From the NCBI RefSeq assembly GCF_964188315.1, contig NC_135667.1, positions 22,320,001 to 22,384,000 on the forward strand: a DNA stretch of 64,000 nt, given 5' to 3'. Positions 24,785 through 38,545 of this stretch are shown piece after piece. This stretch comes from Podarcis muralis. Lineage: Eukaryota. Positions within the stretch are counted from its first letter, which is position 1. Each line of letters starts with the position of its first letter. The notes beneath the pieces are model-generated. The model worked only from the letters and a program-made list of their open reading frames with translations, was not told the DNA's origin and did not search any database. Position numbers and translations under genes: made by a program.

Positions 24785-25232
24785 CAGATTAGCAGAAATG
24801 ACAGGCAGAATCCGTGACCAGGGAGAAGAGTCGGCAGAAGAAGATTGGGGAAAATTTAAGGACAATTTACAGAAATATTGTAAAATTAAAGACTGTTGAA
24901 TGATGTTGGATGGAAATTAAGTGGTTTCTAGCTGTAATGGTATAAAGGAATATGAAAAAATGGTTTTTTACAAGTAAAAATTTAAGGTTATAATAACCCA
25001 AGATGTTGGTTAGAAAATAAGGCTGTAATGCTTTGAGATAAGGATTTGCTGAACAAATAATTCGAACTGGAAATACAAGAAGGGGAGGTATGAGGAGGTC
25101 AGGGAAACATGTTATTGAAAAATAAGTTGTGAAAGTTATGTGTTTTTAATATTTATCTTTTTTCTTTTTTGCCTTTTTCTCTTTGTTTGTATAAAAATTG
25201 AAAATTCTAATAAATATCTTTAAAAAAAAATA
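24785..25232 (+). mobile_element. 5'-truncated L1-like LINE 3' end
   Basis: ORF2-like C-terminus (AEMTGRIR...W.KF...L), AATAAA plus an A tail, 13-bp TSD AATAGTCCTGTTC at 24772-24784 and 25233-25245. Confidence 0.82.
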
Positions 25233-25799
25233 AATAGTCCTGTTCTATTCTGCCATAGTCAGTGCTATCAATGAATACATTAATTTCTTTTGTAGCTGTA
25301 GACTGAAGGCTTGTATGTCTAGTATTCATTCTTTGTTGTAGGTAATCCCAAGGCCAGAAATCATTTCCTATTAAACTACATGCAAAAGAAAAAATCCTGT
25401 TCAGATGTAGCAAACATGTATCCTTTAGGAATCCCATAGGGAATTTACAACTTTGAATTTCTGATTACTATCCTTTTATTACTATTATTGTTCAGACTAT
25501 AATTAACCACTGCTTGTGAACAACCCCTTTGTAATTTTAGTTCCATTATTAAAATTAACAACACTATGTGGCAATTGTCATATAAACCACCATATAACAC
25601 TTAGAGGGATTATTAGGGATTAGAAAGATGCATTTATTCACCAGCCTGCTTATGGGGGTCTTGCATTTGACATCGTTGGCCTGAGAACACTCTAAACATT
25701 CAATGCGCACCACTCTAATCAAGCAGACGGCTGTGGCAATGTTATAAACTTCAACAGGGAAATATTTATGTAGAAGGAATATTTGCATCCTTGTGCAGG

Positions 25800-26011
25800 A
25801 TGGTTCTAGTGCTACTGCTGATACTGCTTCCTCACATGCCATACAAGGCTCACACTGTGAAATGCAGGATCCAGTATCCACACTATCCTCTTCACAAGTA
25901 TCATCAGTTAGGAGACCTCATCATTGGAGGGATTGCTTCATATGGTGGCTTTATTGCCTATTCGATTGAATTCACTGAAGAACCTCCATCGCCACCTTTG
26001 GAGGATCTTAT
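25800..26011 (+). CDS. V2R-D exon 1
   Basis: ATG at 25800, signal peptide, GTAAGG donor; 212 bp. Confidence 0.91.
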
Positions 26012-27017
26012 GTAAGGATTTAACTCTTGCTTGTCTTAGTTCCATTTGTTTTGACAGTAGATTGGTCCGTGCTAGAGTCACAGCCTCTGAACTGTATCGT
26101 ATTAGCTGAGGCTGTTCAAATAAATTAAAGGATACCTTATATTTTGGGTACAAAAGGCTGCTTAATTCTATATTGTCAAACCAGATTTGCATGTAGGTCT
26201 GGTATGGATTGGGATCATCAAGATGGGGAAAGTGGTTTAACTTCTTTCAAAACTTCTTTTTTGCATTATGAATAGTCTCCCAGATTTATTTACTGATAAG
26301 GGAAAGTATTCACTTATCAACTCTACCATTCCTACACTGTAGCTGCTTTTCAAAAACTTCTTGTATTATATCTCTTTAGTGTTCATGTAATGCTTTAAGA
26401 AACTTGGTTTCACCAGAAGCGTGTGACATAATCAGTCCTTGATTAGATTTATGATACTGTGAGATTTCTCCCTCACCCTTAGAGCTTTACTGCCAGTTTC
26501 CATTCCTTCTGGTATTTCTGAGATTTACTGTAGTTTCATCTGTCAACAGTCCTGTTGACAGTCCTATTGACAATATATTCATAAGCAACTTGGTAAATAG
26601 TTAGAGTTGTGTCCAGCTAAGTCCTTTTCAGAATAGACTCATTGGAATTAACTAGCCTGAGTCCTGTCCATTGGGTTCAATAGGTCTTCTCTGAGTAGCT
26701 AACTTAGGATAAAATTCATAAAATGTGGAATACCAATATCATTATTGCTATTGAAGAAATTACTGTATAGGATTTATAAGAAGAAATGATCAGATTTTGA
26801 ATATGAATTCAAATATATGTAGGGCCTGCACATCTTGAATGAGAGTGAAGCATTGCAACCTGGAAGCATCCATTCTTTGTTGTGGGTCATCTCAAGTCCA
26901 GGAGTCATGGTTATTGTTATTGATTTAGTATTTATATATACTAAAGCTAATTATTTCCTTCATAGCAATTATGCTTGTGCAATATGCTTCTGATACAGAA
27001 TCTGACTTTCATTGTAG

Positions 27018-27309
27018 AGTATTGCCTAAGAATTACCAGAACATCCTGGCCTTGGCCTTTGCAGTAATGGAGATTAATGAAAACCCTCATATCTTACCCA
27101 ACATTACCTTGGGTTTCTGCATTTATGACAACTATTACTATGCTAAGTGGACCTATATTTCCACAATGTTGCTTACTTACACATTGGAAAGATTTTTTCC
27201 AAACTACAACTGTGATATACAGAATAAGCTAACTGCAGTAATTGGTGGACTGGACTCCCAAACATCTCTCGATATGGCAACTATTCTGGATGTCTACAAG
27301 GTTCCACAG
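27018..27309 (+). CDS. V2R-D exon 2
   Basis: 292 bp, AG/GT. Confidence 0.94.
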
Positions 27310-27599
27310 GTATGATATGTGAGTGGTGTAGGACAGATTAATTATTCATACATTTCCTTTGTCAGATAGCTCACTCTGTGAATTGATTAATAAGTTAACA
27401 GAACATTTTTGGAAGCTTCTTCTGTGGGCCTACATTTTATTCCTAGAAGTGTCTAGGAAGATTTTGTGCCATAAATAATTTGAGGAGTTTAAAAACTGGT
27501 TGTTTATTGACCATTAATGATTATACAGTTGCACAAAACTTGTGTGGAGGTTACATTACATTGGCTGTGCAATGAGCATTCATCCCAAAATATTTGCAT

Positions 27600-27830
27600 G
27601 CATTTATTTATTTATTTGTAAAAATCAGTGAGGTATACAATTAAAAATTAATTAAAACCCCTATAAATAATAATTAAAGTGACTAGCTGAACAGCGGCAA
27701 AGGCCTGTTGACATAAAAACGTTTTTGATGGGCACCTGAATGTCAAAAGTGCAGGTGTCTGCCAAATCTTTGCTGAAAACGTGCTCCACAGCATGGGACT
27801 TGTGATACTAACTGTCTGACTCAAGCTGAA
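27600..27830 (-). mobile_element. Degraded L2-like LINE 3' fragment
   Basis: Resembles squamate L2 3' regions as I recall them; not searched. Confidence 0.4.
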
Positions 27831-28087
27831 GTCAAACCTAACAAAGTTTATTGATTGCAAGTCCATCAAGACATTCTCATACACAAACAATTAAAACAAT
27901 AATATGCATACATGCAAATACATTTTGCTGTACTAGAATATGATTAAAATTATAGCATATCTGAAACTCATTGACAATGGCAGCTATGAGCTAAATAAAC
28001 ATATCTCAAATGCTTCGATCAACTGGAAGTGATAATTAAATGCTATTTTTATTTTCTAATCCATTTCACCTTCACATGTATCTTCAG

Positions 28088-28948
28088 CTAACATATAGCC
28101 CTGCTCCAGTGATACGTGATAAACACCCAGGCCTTTCCTTCTACCAGATGGTTCCCAAGGAAGAGCTTCAGTATGAGGGGATTCTCTCTTTGCTTCTGCA
28201 CTTCCGATGGTTTTGGATTGGGGTTGTTGTTATGGACACTGACGATGGAGAAAGATTTGTGCAAACCGTGCTTCCAATGTTTCCCCAGAAAGGTGTCTGT
28301 TTTGCCTTCATAGAAAGAGTCCCCACAACTGCTTTTATCTCTGACATTGCAAGTATGGTGAATCGGGGGAAAGAAATAAATTTTAAAGTGATGAACAGCA
28401 AAGCCAATGTAATTCTGGCTTATGGAGAATCCTTTTCTTTGTCCTATTTCAGGTGGTTGCCATATCTGTCAGATATAGAGCACCTGACAAAGAAACCAAA
28501 AGGCAAAATTTGGATAACTACAGCTCAGATGGAGCTCACATCTTTTTCCTATCAAAGGAATTGGGATACAGACAAATTCCATGATGTTATAGCCTTCTCA
28601 TATCAGTTCAAAGATCTGACAGGATTTCACCAGTTTGCAGAAGGTAGAAACCCTTACAGCATTTCTGGAGATGGTTTCATTAAGGACTTCTGGAAAAATG
28701 CCTTTGACTGTGTATTTCCAAATACAAATCAGGGTGAGACGGAGGGGAATATTTGCACAGGGAAAGAGAAGCTAAAGGACCTTCCTTTTTTCTATTTTGA
28801 AATGAGAATGACTGGCCATAGCTATAGTGTCTACAATGCTGTCTATGCTGTGGCTCATGCTTTACAGGCCATGTCCTCAACTATGCTAAAACACCGACCA
28901 ATGTTGGATGGAGTGGGTCTGAAGCTTCAGAATCAACAGTTTTGGAAG
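28088..28948 (+). CDS. V2R-D exon 3
   Basis: 861 bp open frame, AG/GT. Confidence 0.94.
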
Positions 28949-29395
28949 GTATTTATTTTGAATTTAACAGGGGCAATATTGTAAGTTCTGGATCTAACAG
29001 CAGTAATCTGAACAGAAAGCTTTCTCCACAGACACTTCCTATCCTTAAAGTTATGTCTTCCTTCTTCTTTCCACCAGTTAGAATTGTAAATCGTTTATTG
29101 ATCCCTCGCTACTTTCCTTTTTTGTCGTGGTTAACACTAAAAGGCTAACAGCCAGTACAGAAGTAAACATTGTATTCCAACGTCCTGGACATTCCTAGAA
29201 AATAAAGTAATAGCTGACACAAAGTTCTGAAGTTGCCTCTGCAAACAGATAGACAAACAAATGATGACATACATAACAAATATGAATGCACTTTTAGAAA
29301 CAAATAAATGCATGGATTGTGAAACAAATGAAGTTCCTTGCTCTGTTCTCACATATGTAGCATTTTCTAAACCTTTTATTATTATTTCAATATAG

Positions 29396-29617
29396 CTCCA
29401 TCACATTCTGAGATGTATCTCATTTAACAACAGTGCTGGAGACAAGATATCCTTGGATGAGAATGGGAAATTAGCAGCTGGATTTGATATTATCAACTAC
29501 ATTCTTTTACCAAATCAATCAAAAGTGAAGATTGGGAAGGTAGATCCACAAGCTCCTTTAGACAAAATGTTAACCATCAATGAGGATGCCATCACTTGGC
29601 ACTACTGGTTTAACCAG
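29396..29617 (+). CDS. V2R-D exon 4
   Basis: 222 bp in frame, AG/GT. Confidence 0.93.
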
Positions 29618-31255
29618 GTAGGCTCCAATACATACACAGTTTGGGTCATCTTTGACTCTTGCTTGTATACTAAATCTCAGTGTTTATAGTGATACTCGAG
29701 CAATTCAGTCTTGCTTCATTGTCACATCTTTTTGCTGACTATAGCATTAACTGGGAAGGGCATCAGAATTAGACAAATCCTGAAATCAAAGGCAAAGCAG
29801 GGTGCCTCATAGGAATACTGTGCTGGTCAGAGGTGAAGCAGAACCTGTATAAGGAGGCACAAATTGTAAGGGGAACTTGTGGAGTGCTCTGTGGTGTTTT
29901 GGCAATTCTAAAGTTAAAACAGTGCCATCATGCTAGGATGGAATGAAGGGGGGGGGGGAGAGCAAACACCATAAATTTCTGTGGTTATTGACATGTCAAC
30001 CTTGTAATCACAAAAAATCATTTTACTCAGAAAGCAAATCCCTTTGAGTTCTGCTCACTCAAAATCAATGTTAATGTTTATTAGTACAAAACCCCCTTGA
30101 CCTCTTTTTCTATGATTTTTTCTTGCCAGGGCATCCTTCTCATGACCGATTTTCAGACAATTGCTCACAAATCATTAATGGAGTTTAAGTTATGGCTTTT
30201 TTTATTCATACCAAAAAGGTAACAGCTGGCCTTGTGGAAAAATTGTCTTTCTGCAAGCTATAGTTCTGAAATTCTGGAGTATTGATGCTGTCAGATCTTG
30301 CTGGAAATGCCACCCAATTCCATAAAAAGGGAAAGTAAAAGAAAGGGGAGGAAGAAACAGTTTATATAAAAGCTTCTTAAACCATTTACCTATATTTTAT
30401 CAGGATTCATTCCCTCTTGGGGCACTAGTGTGCTTGCAAATTCCATGAACGTCTGTCTTGTCTTTCTTTTTTAAAAAATCCCAATATTGAATGGGTGTGA
30501 GGAATTGAAGCAGACTTGGATGCGCTTGGGTCAAGCGTTGTAGTTCCTCAGGCAACAATTGTGTAGAATCAGTCTGAACCTAATGCTGTTATTGGTGCAT
30601 TCACCTATTATGTATCTGCTTTAAATTTAGAAATATTACTTTCTTTTCTCCTGAGGTTGCTCAGAATAATAAACTGCCTGAAGAACAGTTTATTATCTAC
30701 ATATCAGCATTTTTTAAACAGTGGGTTTCTGCAAAGAAGACACTTATCTTTAGGTTACATTTGAGCTCCCTACACAAAACACACAATATAGTTGCTATGA
30801 AGGTCCGTGATACTTTTAGTACATGTTCACCCTACCATGTTAGAAATAAGGATTAACTATATTGACTTAATGAAACACTTTCCTAATAAATCCCTTTGAA
30901 CACTTGATTTTCTGCTCTGGAAACAGGGAAATAACAAATGAAATGTAGAACCAGTCATATTTTAAGCACTTCAGTTAAGAAAGCTAAGATATGAGTTCAG
31001 AAGTAACGTTAGTTTCTGGAGGAGCCAAAGAGAGTGAATAAACATACTAGAATTAAAATTATTGGCAAAATTGCAAAAAATGACATTTTTGAGCTATTTT
31101 TGAGGGAAATCGGCAAAAACGATACTGCCAACACGGGTTGCCATACGTCTGGATTTGCCCAGACATTTTTTTGCTGATCTCCAACTACAGTATTCCAGGT
31201 ATGTCTGGGTCATCATTGTCAAGATTTGTTTTCTCATCTTTCCTCTATGCATTAG

Positions 31256-31382
31256 ACACGACCTCTTTCGTTATGTAGTGAGACTTGCCATCCAGGTTCT
31301 AGGAAGAAAGTGAAAGAGGGGAAACCATTTTGCTGCTATGACTGCTTCCCATGTCCAGAAGGGAAGATCTCAAATGAGAAGG
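31256..31382 (+). CDS. V2R-D exon 5
   Basis: 127 bp, cysteine-rich, AG/GT. Confidence 0.93.
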
Positions 31383-31551
31383 GTAAGAACTATATTGTAG
31401 AAGTTAGTATTAAGATTGGCTGCAATCCAGAGGAACTGATATGTAAATATCATTTTACTTACTTGTTTATTAAGGATTTTTCTTCACCATATATTCACAT
31501 ATATACTCAGAATAAACTCACCATAAGCTAAAATAACAGCAGATAACATAA

Positions 31552-31735
31552 AATCATAGAATGGTAGAGTTGGAGGGAACTCCAAGGGTCATCTAGTCCA
31601 ACCTCAGCAATGCAGGAATCTCAACCAAAGCTTCCATGACAGATGGCCACGCAACCTCTGCATAAAAACCTCCAGTGAAGGAGAGTCTATTCCACTATTC
31701 AACACTCTTATTGTTGGAAAGTTCTTCCTGACATT
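31552..31735 (-). mobile_element. CR1-type LINE 3' end fragment
   Basis: Reverse complement of the GGACTAGATGACCC...CCAACTCTACCATTCTATGATT tail typical of CR1. Confidence 0.7.
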
Positions 31736-32646
31736 GGGAGGTTCAATTTTGAATGGGATGTACAGCTTTTCCTAGAGAGTCAGTAGAGACAGGGAGGGCA
31801 GGTTAAAGGATCTGACAACCACACCCTAATAAGCCAGGGGCAAGCTGTGTTTTCTTCTAAATCTTTTCACTGCACTTGTTCATTATTTTTCTGGTCATGA
31901 ACTGTTGAAACGCTGTATGAGCGAAGTAGAATGCATCCTCCTAGCTCAAATTTCATATAATAAATGCTTAAGTTGAGCTGCTGAAATTAACAGAAGAACC
32001 CAGTGTTATCAAATATCATAGCATCAATCAAAGCAGTGATATGAACAAACAATGGGGTGAAATGAAAGGCAGGGTAACCAAGAAAAATTTTACATTTTAC
32101 ATTTTATTCCAACTTAAGATCTGCGGTGTGTGGGGGTGTATGGAAAGCAATATCTTTGGTGGGAGACATGCTGTGCTCCTTCTGGGTAGTTTGTCCATCA
32201 CTTGTCCCCCCTGCTGTACTTGGCTCTCATTTGTGACTTCTAGAAGCTGTCAGCATCCTATAGTGTCCACACCCCGGGCACAGCTTCAACTGGCCAGCTA
32301 ACCAGGTGAAGGTAGCCAATGGATTTCAAAACTTCAGTGAGTTAGGGACTTGCCATTCAAGAGAAGACAGGCTTCACCAGACTGAATGGACAAGACCAAT
32401 AGTGGGTCCAATGATGAAGAAGATGGTTTCTGCACATGCTGCGGAGAGAAGTGAGGGGCAGATGGGACCATCAACCTGTGAAGGTTTCCTAATTTCATCT
32501 AGGAAAAGGAAAACTCAGATCCTAAACTTTCACTGCCTTGTGGCTATATTCATTTATGAGGAAATATTCAGGAGTAAACCCCAAGAACAATGGATACCCA
32601 CTGCCTTGAAAGGACATCTTTCAAAAGAATAAGCTGAGAAGTAAAT

Positions 32647-32782
32647 CAGGCATAGGCAAACTTGGCCCTCCAGATGTTTTGGGACTACAACTCCCATCAT
32701 CCCTAGCTAACAGGACCAGTGGTCAGGGATGATGGGAGTTGTAGTCCCAAAACATCTGGAGGGCCGAGTTTGCCTATGCCTG
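32647..32782. mobile_element. Palindromic hAT-type MITE (fold-back)
   Basis: Near-perfect 136-bp hairpin CAGGCATAGGCAAAC...GTTTGCCTATGCCTG; 8-bp TSD AAGTAAAT/AAGTAGAT. Confidence 0.87.
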
Positions 32783-33472
32783 AAGTAGATCATACTCAAA
32801 TCTAGAGCTGAGGCCCTAATGCACTTTAATGGTGTCTTCTTTGCCTCCTACCAGCAATTCCCACAGCCAAGCTGGTGCCAAATGTATTGCTTTCCTTTCT
32901 TATTGATCACATCAGTGAGGCCAAAAGAGGGTATTGTCATCTGGGCAGCCCAGGACCTCCATACACATGAACCAGGATTGCACCACAAAGTTAGGGAGAT
33001 CCTTGGGAGTGCCAGGTCAGGTTGATAAGCTATGAAATGTAGACCAAATTTATCCCCCATTACTGCCCTTGAGTCTAGGTTCTTTTGCTCTTTTCATTGA
33101 ACAGGATGTTGTTCTCTCAGTCTTGTAGGAATAATTGGACAAATGATAACAGTGCCCCTTAGAAATCTTAGAACAGCTTTTACTCTTACTTCAAGATTTA
33201 TAAATAGCTGCCTACTCAAAGGAAAATCAGGATTTTATAATCACTGTGATTTTAATGTAGCTGTCCTATTGCATCACTGTCCTTAATCATGGAATATAGC
33301 TGTTGTTTAGATGTACATATGGTGACTGTCACAAAACTGCCATGGACAAATCACTACTTCCAGTGTGTTAGGGTGGTAGGGCTACATATGCTTTAACTGT
33401 GCATGAGGAACATTTACATCTAGTTAGTAAGATTTGTGGAGTGAAGATTAACATCAGACTTTTCATTTTCAG

Positions 33473-34377
33473 ATATGAATGACTGTTTTAAATGTCCAGA
33501 TGAACACTATGCAACCCCCCAAAAAGATGCATGTGTTCCCAAGAAAGTAAGTTTCCTGTCTTATGAAGAACCTTTGGGGATCAGTTTAGCCTGTTTTTCT
33601 CTTTCTTCTTCTATGATGACAGCTCTGGTGCTAGGGACGTTTATAAAGCACCACAACACTCCCATTGTCAAAGCCAACAACCGGGACCTCACCTACACAC
33701 TCCTCATCTCCCTTCTACTCTGCTTCCTGTGTGCTTTTTTATTCATTGGCAAACCTTGGAAGGTGACATGTCTCCTCCGACAAACTGCTTTTGGCATCAT
33801 CTTCTCAGTGGCTGTTTCTTGTGTGCTGGCAAAAACTATCACAGTGGTTCTGGCTTTCATGGCTACCAAACCAGGATCAAGGGGGAGGAAATGGTTGGGG
33901 AAAAGACTGGCCAATTTTATTGTTCTTTCCTGTTCTCTTATTCAAGCAGGCACCTGTACTCTATGGCTTGCAACCTCCTCCCCATTCCCAGATGTTGATA
34001 TGCATTCTTTGACTTCAGAAATTGTATTAGAATGTAATGAGGGGTCTGTAACAATGTTCTACTCTGTTCTTGGCTACATGGGATTCCTAGCAATTGTTAG
34101 TTTCACTGTGGCTTTCCTTGCCAGAAAGTTACCTGACAGTTTCAATGAAGCCAAGTTTATCACTTTCAGTATGTTGGTCTTCTGCAGTGTTTGGATATCC
34201 TTTGTTCCTTCCTACCTGAGCACCAAAGGAAAATATATGGTTTCAGTGGAGATCTTCTGCATCTTATCCTCCAGTGCTGGGCTGCTGGGTTGCATCTTCC
34301 TTCCCAAATGTTATCTGATTGTGCTGAGGCCTGAGCTGAATAACAGGGAACATCTAATAAAGAGGAAGGCCAAATGA
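33473..34377 (+). CDS. V2R-D exon 6 (7TM)
   Basis: ttcag|ATATG acceptor, intact frame to TGA; the six exons total 2619 bp. Confidence 0.95.
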
Positions 34378-34728
34378 CTGTTTGGTACATTTTGCTATAA
34401 ATTGCATACCTGAGGGGTTTTTGTCTGCACTCAATATAAGCCTGAATGTTCCTCTTGCAGCACCTATCATGTTTACACTGCTACCTTTGTAATTTTCTGA
34501 ATGGTTCCCTTATTGTGGTTAGATTTTCCTTAAAGCTCTCCAAACACACTCTCTCAATCTATTACGAGATCGGCTCATGTTTATGCATCTGCATGTACAA
34601 AAGAAGCCATATCACTTGCCATTCAGGCAAAAGCTATTTTATTTTACTTATAATTATAAAAATATTCTGCTGCATAATAAAATATATCAAAGCAAAAAGA
34701 AATTAAAAACATTGCTTAGTGACCTCCA

Positions 34729-34810
34729 TCTATCTATCTATCATCTATCTATCATTTATCTATCATCTATCTATCCTCACTTGCGGAATGTTGCTATGGC
34801 GTATTGACAT

Positions 34811-34861
<51 letters not shown>

Positions 34862-34894
34862 TTTCCTCACTTGCGGAAGGTTACTATGGTGTAT
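34729..34894. repeat. Compound (ATCT)n / (ATTT)n microsatellite with a duplicated 31-bp unique unit
   Basis: TCCTCACTTGCGGAA.GTT.CTATGG.GTAT at 34774 and 34864. Confidence 0.85.
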
Positions 34895-36156
34895 GTAAAG
34901 TGAGTGCAAATTGTGGGCCCATTGAATTGCACTTATTACAGAGATTAAGTGCATGTAGGATGTTTATGCCTGCTTTTGCAACATTCTGTGTTGCCTGCTC
35001 TTTTTTCTGCCTCTTATTACCAGCTTCACTAGGTCCTAGATAGCTTACAATACAGCTGGAACCTGTGCACCTTTAACTGTTCACAGTGTCATAGAATGCA
35101 TTGTATCTTTCTCCCCAGAGCTTTGAGTGGTTCAGTTGTCTAGTGACACTGAGTTTAAAATACTTTGTCTCAGTGTTTACATATCATCAAGCCTCTGTGC
35201 ACTCTGGGAGCAGTGTATGGACCATGTTAGTTGCTCATTTAAGGAAAATTACAGAAGAATATCCAACTAGAATCAAAGCCAGAGAGGTGTTTGGGTCTTG
35301 CAACATTGAGGTGAACATTGGCCAATGGGCCATGGTGCACATGTGGTGTGTGTACACACACGCATATAGATCACATGGTAAGGTGAAAGGAGTTTCCTTG
35401 GACCTTGCTGTGAAAACACAGCATGTGACAGGCAACTGACTCAGGAGCTAGGAAAGTTGAAATCCTCCCATTAATCCACCTCACTGCCCGGACCACAATA
35501 GTTTTAATAAATATAACCTGTTACCCATCTTTCTTAGGTGTGTTGGCAAAGGCTCCCCCCCTTTTAAGTACAGAAGAAGTGTGTGAGGAAAATCAATTGA
35601 CCAGTTCACAAAGTTAACAAAAGTAATGCCTAACTTTCACCCAACTAAGTGAAAATTATAACTTCTGTTAAGATAGACAAACAAATTCAGTTTCACAATT
35701 CCTCAGAGAATTGATAGATTTCAGCTGGTGAACATGTTTCCTTTAATTATCATAAGTATAGTAATTCTCCAATTTCTCTATCCCCCCATGAACGTGGACA
35801 CCATCAAAGCTAATGAGACAGTCTGTAAAAGATAATATACACACATCTTCCCCCAAATGATGTCCTCCAACTGTTTTGGACTACAACTTCAATAGAACCA
35901 GCCAGTGGTGGATGCTGGAAATTGAAATTCAAAACATATGGAGTGTGCTCAAGAAGACTGGCAATCTCTAGTGATCACAGCTAGAATTAGGGAATGTGAA
36001 TAGACAAGGATCTTTCAGCATGATCAGGATTTTTTTTAAAAAAAGACAAAACGTTATCTTTCATTCTGTATTTTATACACATGAGACTAAATTGCCAATG
36101 TTTTTTTCTCAATGATACTGTCATAGTAAGAAATATGTTTTTCCAGTTTTAAGGCA

Positions 36157-36389
36157 ATGTTTATAGCAAGGATGGTGGCATTGTTGGTCTTGATGTTGAT
36201 GCTACTTCCTCATGTAATAGCCAAGACTCGCATTGTTAAATGCAATGTCCCTGATCCACAGCCTCCACTCCATCAGTATCATCAGAATGGAGACTTCATC
36301 GTTGGTGGAATCGCCTCTCACAGCATCATCATCTCCAACTCAATAGCCTTCAGCCAAGAACCCCCACCAGCATTACCTGAAGAGCTTAA
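36157..36389 (+). CDS. V2R-E exon 1 (alternative start at ATG 36172)
   Basis: Signal peptide, GDFIVGGI, phase-2 GTAAGG donor. Confidence 0.9.
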
Positions 36390-37566
36390 GTAAGGAATTA
36401 ATCATTTCAGGTTTCCACTTTGATTCATACTTTAATCCCTTATATACCATGGCAGGCAACTGGGTTCATTACACGTGGCGACATCTGCATAGGAGTTCAG
36501 TCCTTGGGAAAAAATTGATGCATATTATTTTCTAGACCCCTCAAATTAGAATGGAAAAAGAACAGTTGTCTCCTTGGTTTTTTAAAGTGGAGGGGTGGGA
36601 GACTCTGATTATTTTTGCTCAATTTGAACTCTTACTGGCAGCAGTTCCTCAAGGTCTGAGACAGAAATCTTTCTCAGCCCCATCCTCACATCCTGTATCT
36701 AAGATAAGTTGTTGGAGATTTAAGCTGCGTACAGGTTACTGTTTTAAAACACATCAAGATTATGCTTTTTCTTGATTTGGATTAAAGCTGGTTTGGGGGG
36801 AAATGCATCAAAACACTGTATTTTATAAGAGGACATGAAGGAGCACATACAGGATAGATATGGATTGCTGCTCATGTCATGTGTACACCATGTCTCAAAA
36901 CAACAGTGGGGGGCGGGGAGTACTGGTTGTAGAGTAATTGGGAGTATGGATACAGCCTTAATCTATATCTATATGTATATAAAATGTTGGCCACTTTCCA
37001 AGCTTTGGCATCGTGTCATACTTATCTCCTTTGGTCAAGGCTTCATGGCAATTTGGGAGCTGTAGTTTGCCCACCCCCCAATTTATTTTTTTTTAAAGGA
37101 CAGGCTACTTAGGTTGAAGCCATAAAAATTTATTCTTTGCAATGTAATTCTGAACTGATGCTCTGTTACCTCTGAGATTTCTCAGACACGGAGTAGAGTT
37201 CATTCATTTCATTTAGTAAACATTGCAGGCATTGCTATTTTTCTAGGAAAAGAGGTGCCAGAACTCAGCATGAATGCCACCAGTGTTCTCTTATAATGGC
37301 AATGGCACCCACCTAAGTGGTGCTAGCACTGAGTTCCGGCAAACTTTAGCTGAAAAAAGCCCTGGTTGTAGGAAATCTATCACTTGGTTTCTAAATGGTC
37401 AGTATTCCTCTCATGTGAAGACAGAATCACTCCTTTGAGGTCTGCCCCATGGGCAGCTGCCTAGTTGACCTAATGACAAGCACTGGAACTCAATGTAGAA
37501 CATAGCTGTGAAGCATTTACAAAGTGTGGCATACTTTTCTGATAAGGAATGCAACTCTCTTTCTAG

Positions 37567-37858
37567 TGTGGTGCCTAAGCATTACCAGAATATCCTGGCC
37601 TTGCAATTTGCAGTGAAGGAGATCAATGAAAATCCTCAGATTCTACCCAATGTCACTCTAGGCTTCCACATCTATGACAGCTATTTCAATGCCAAATGGA
37701 CCTATCATGCCACAATGTTACTCACATCCACACTGGAAACATTTGTCCCCAACTACATCTGTGACATCAAGCAAAACCTTTTAGCCATCATTGGGGGACT
37801 GGACTCCCAGACTTCCCTTCAAGTGGCAACAATATTGGATATCTATAAGGTTCCACAG
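37567..37858 (+). CDS. V2R-E exon 2
   Basis: 292 bp, AG/GT. Confidence 0.94.
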
Positions 37859-38545
37859 GTGGGATATTTCTCTCTTGGTATCCAGAATAGGGATTGACTC
37901 CATATATGTTGTATGATGTAGTTTGGAAAAACAAATCTGTGCATTCCAAATAACCAGAGGGACATATTTTTGCATGAATGTTGGATGGGAGATTTTTTTA
38001 AAATGCAGCCTACTCCTGAGGCAGAAGTTTTTATTTTTCATTTCAACCACTGCAATGACAATTTGGGGAGCATTCAGGGAACTTCTTATCTCTTGAAAAC
38101 TTTTGGCTCTGCTTCAGGATATATATACGTCATCTTTTTTACAATTATGTCTCTAAAGAGTGAGACTTTTGAGCCACGAAGTCCTCAGTATTGTTGCAAT
38201 TATCTGCTACACCTTGAATCTATTGGAAATCCTTACACATGACACTGTTCTCTCTGCTTCCGCCAGTGACACAAATATAGGTGGGTGTGAGCCGTTTCCT
38301 CACACCAAGCTGAGGAAACAACAATAAATAATTAAGGAATTATTGTGAAAATAAGAAATATTTAGGGGAACAACAAATGTTGTCCTTGCTCAGGGCACCG
38401 TATTACAAAAGTCTGCCCCTGCTTCCACTCTCTATCCATACCAGTTTTGTAGCACCGTTGGAAGAATTGTTGATATAACAACATGTTTCAGGTTAAAGTG
38501 GTTATCACTTCTGTCACTTCCTCCTATTCCCACATTTCTATTTAG

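Larger units (their letters stand above)
23520..25270 (+). mobile_element. Fragmented CR1 LINE (RT C-terminal part) interrupted by later insertions
   Basis: QDDLNRLETW...FNRDKCKVLH near 23550 and SSACEKDLGVLVDH...QCDAAAKK...ILGCIN near 24240-24750 are typical CR1 RT motifs. Confidence 0.7.
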
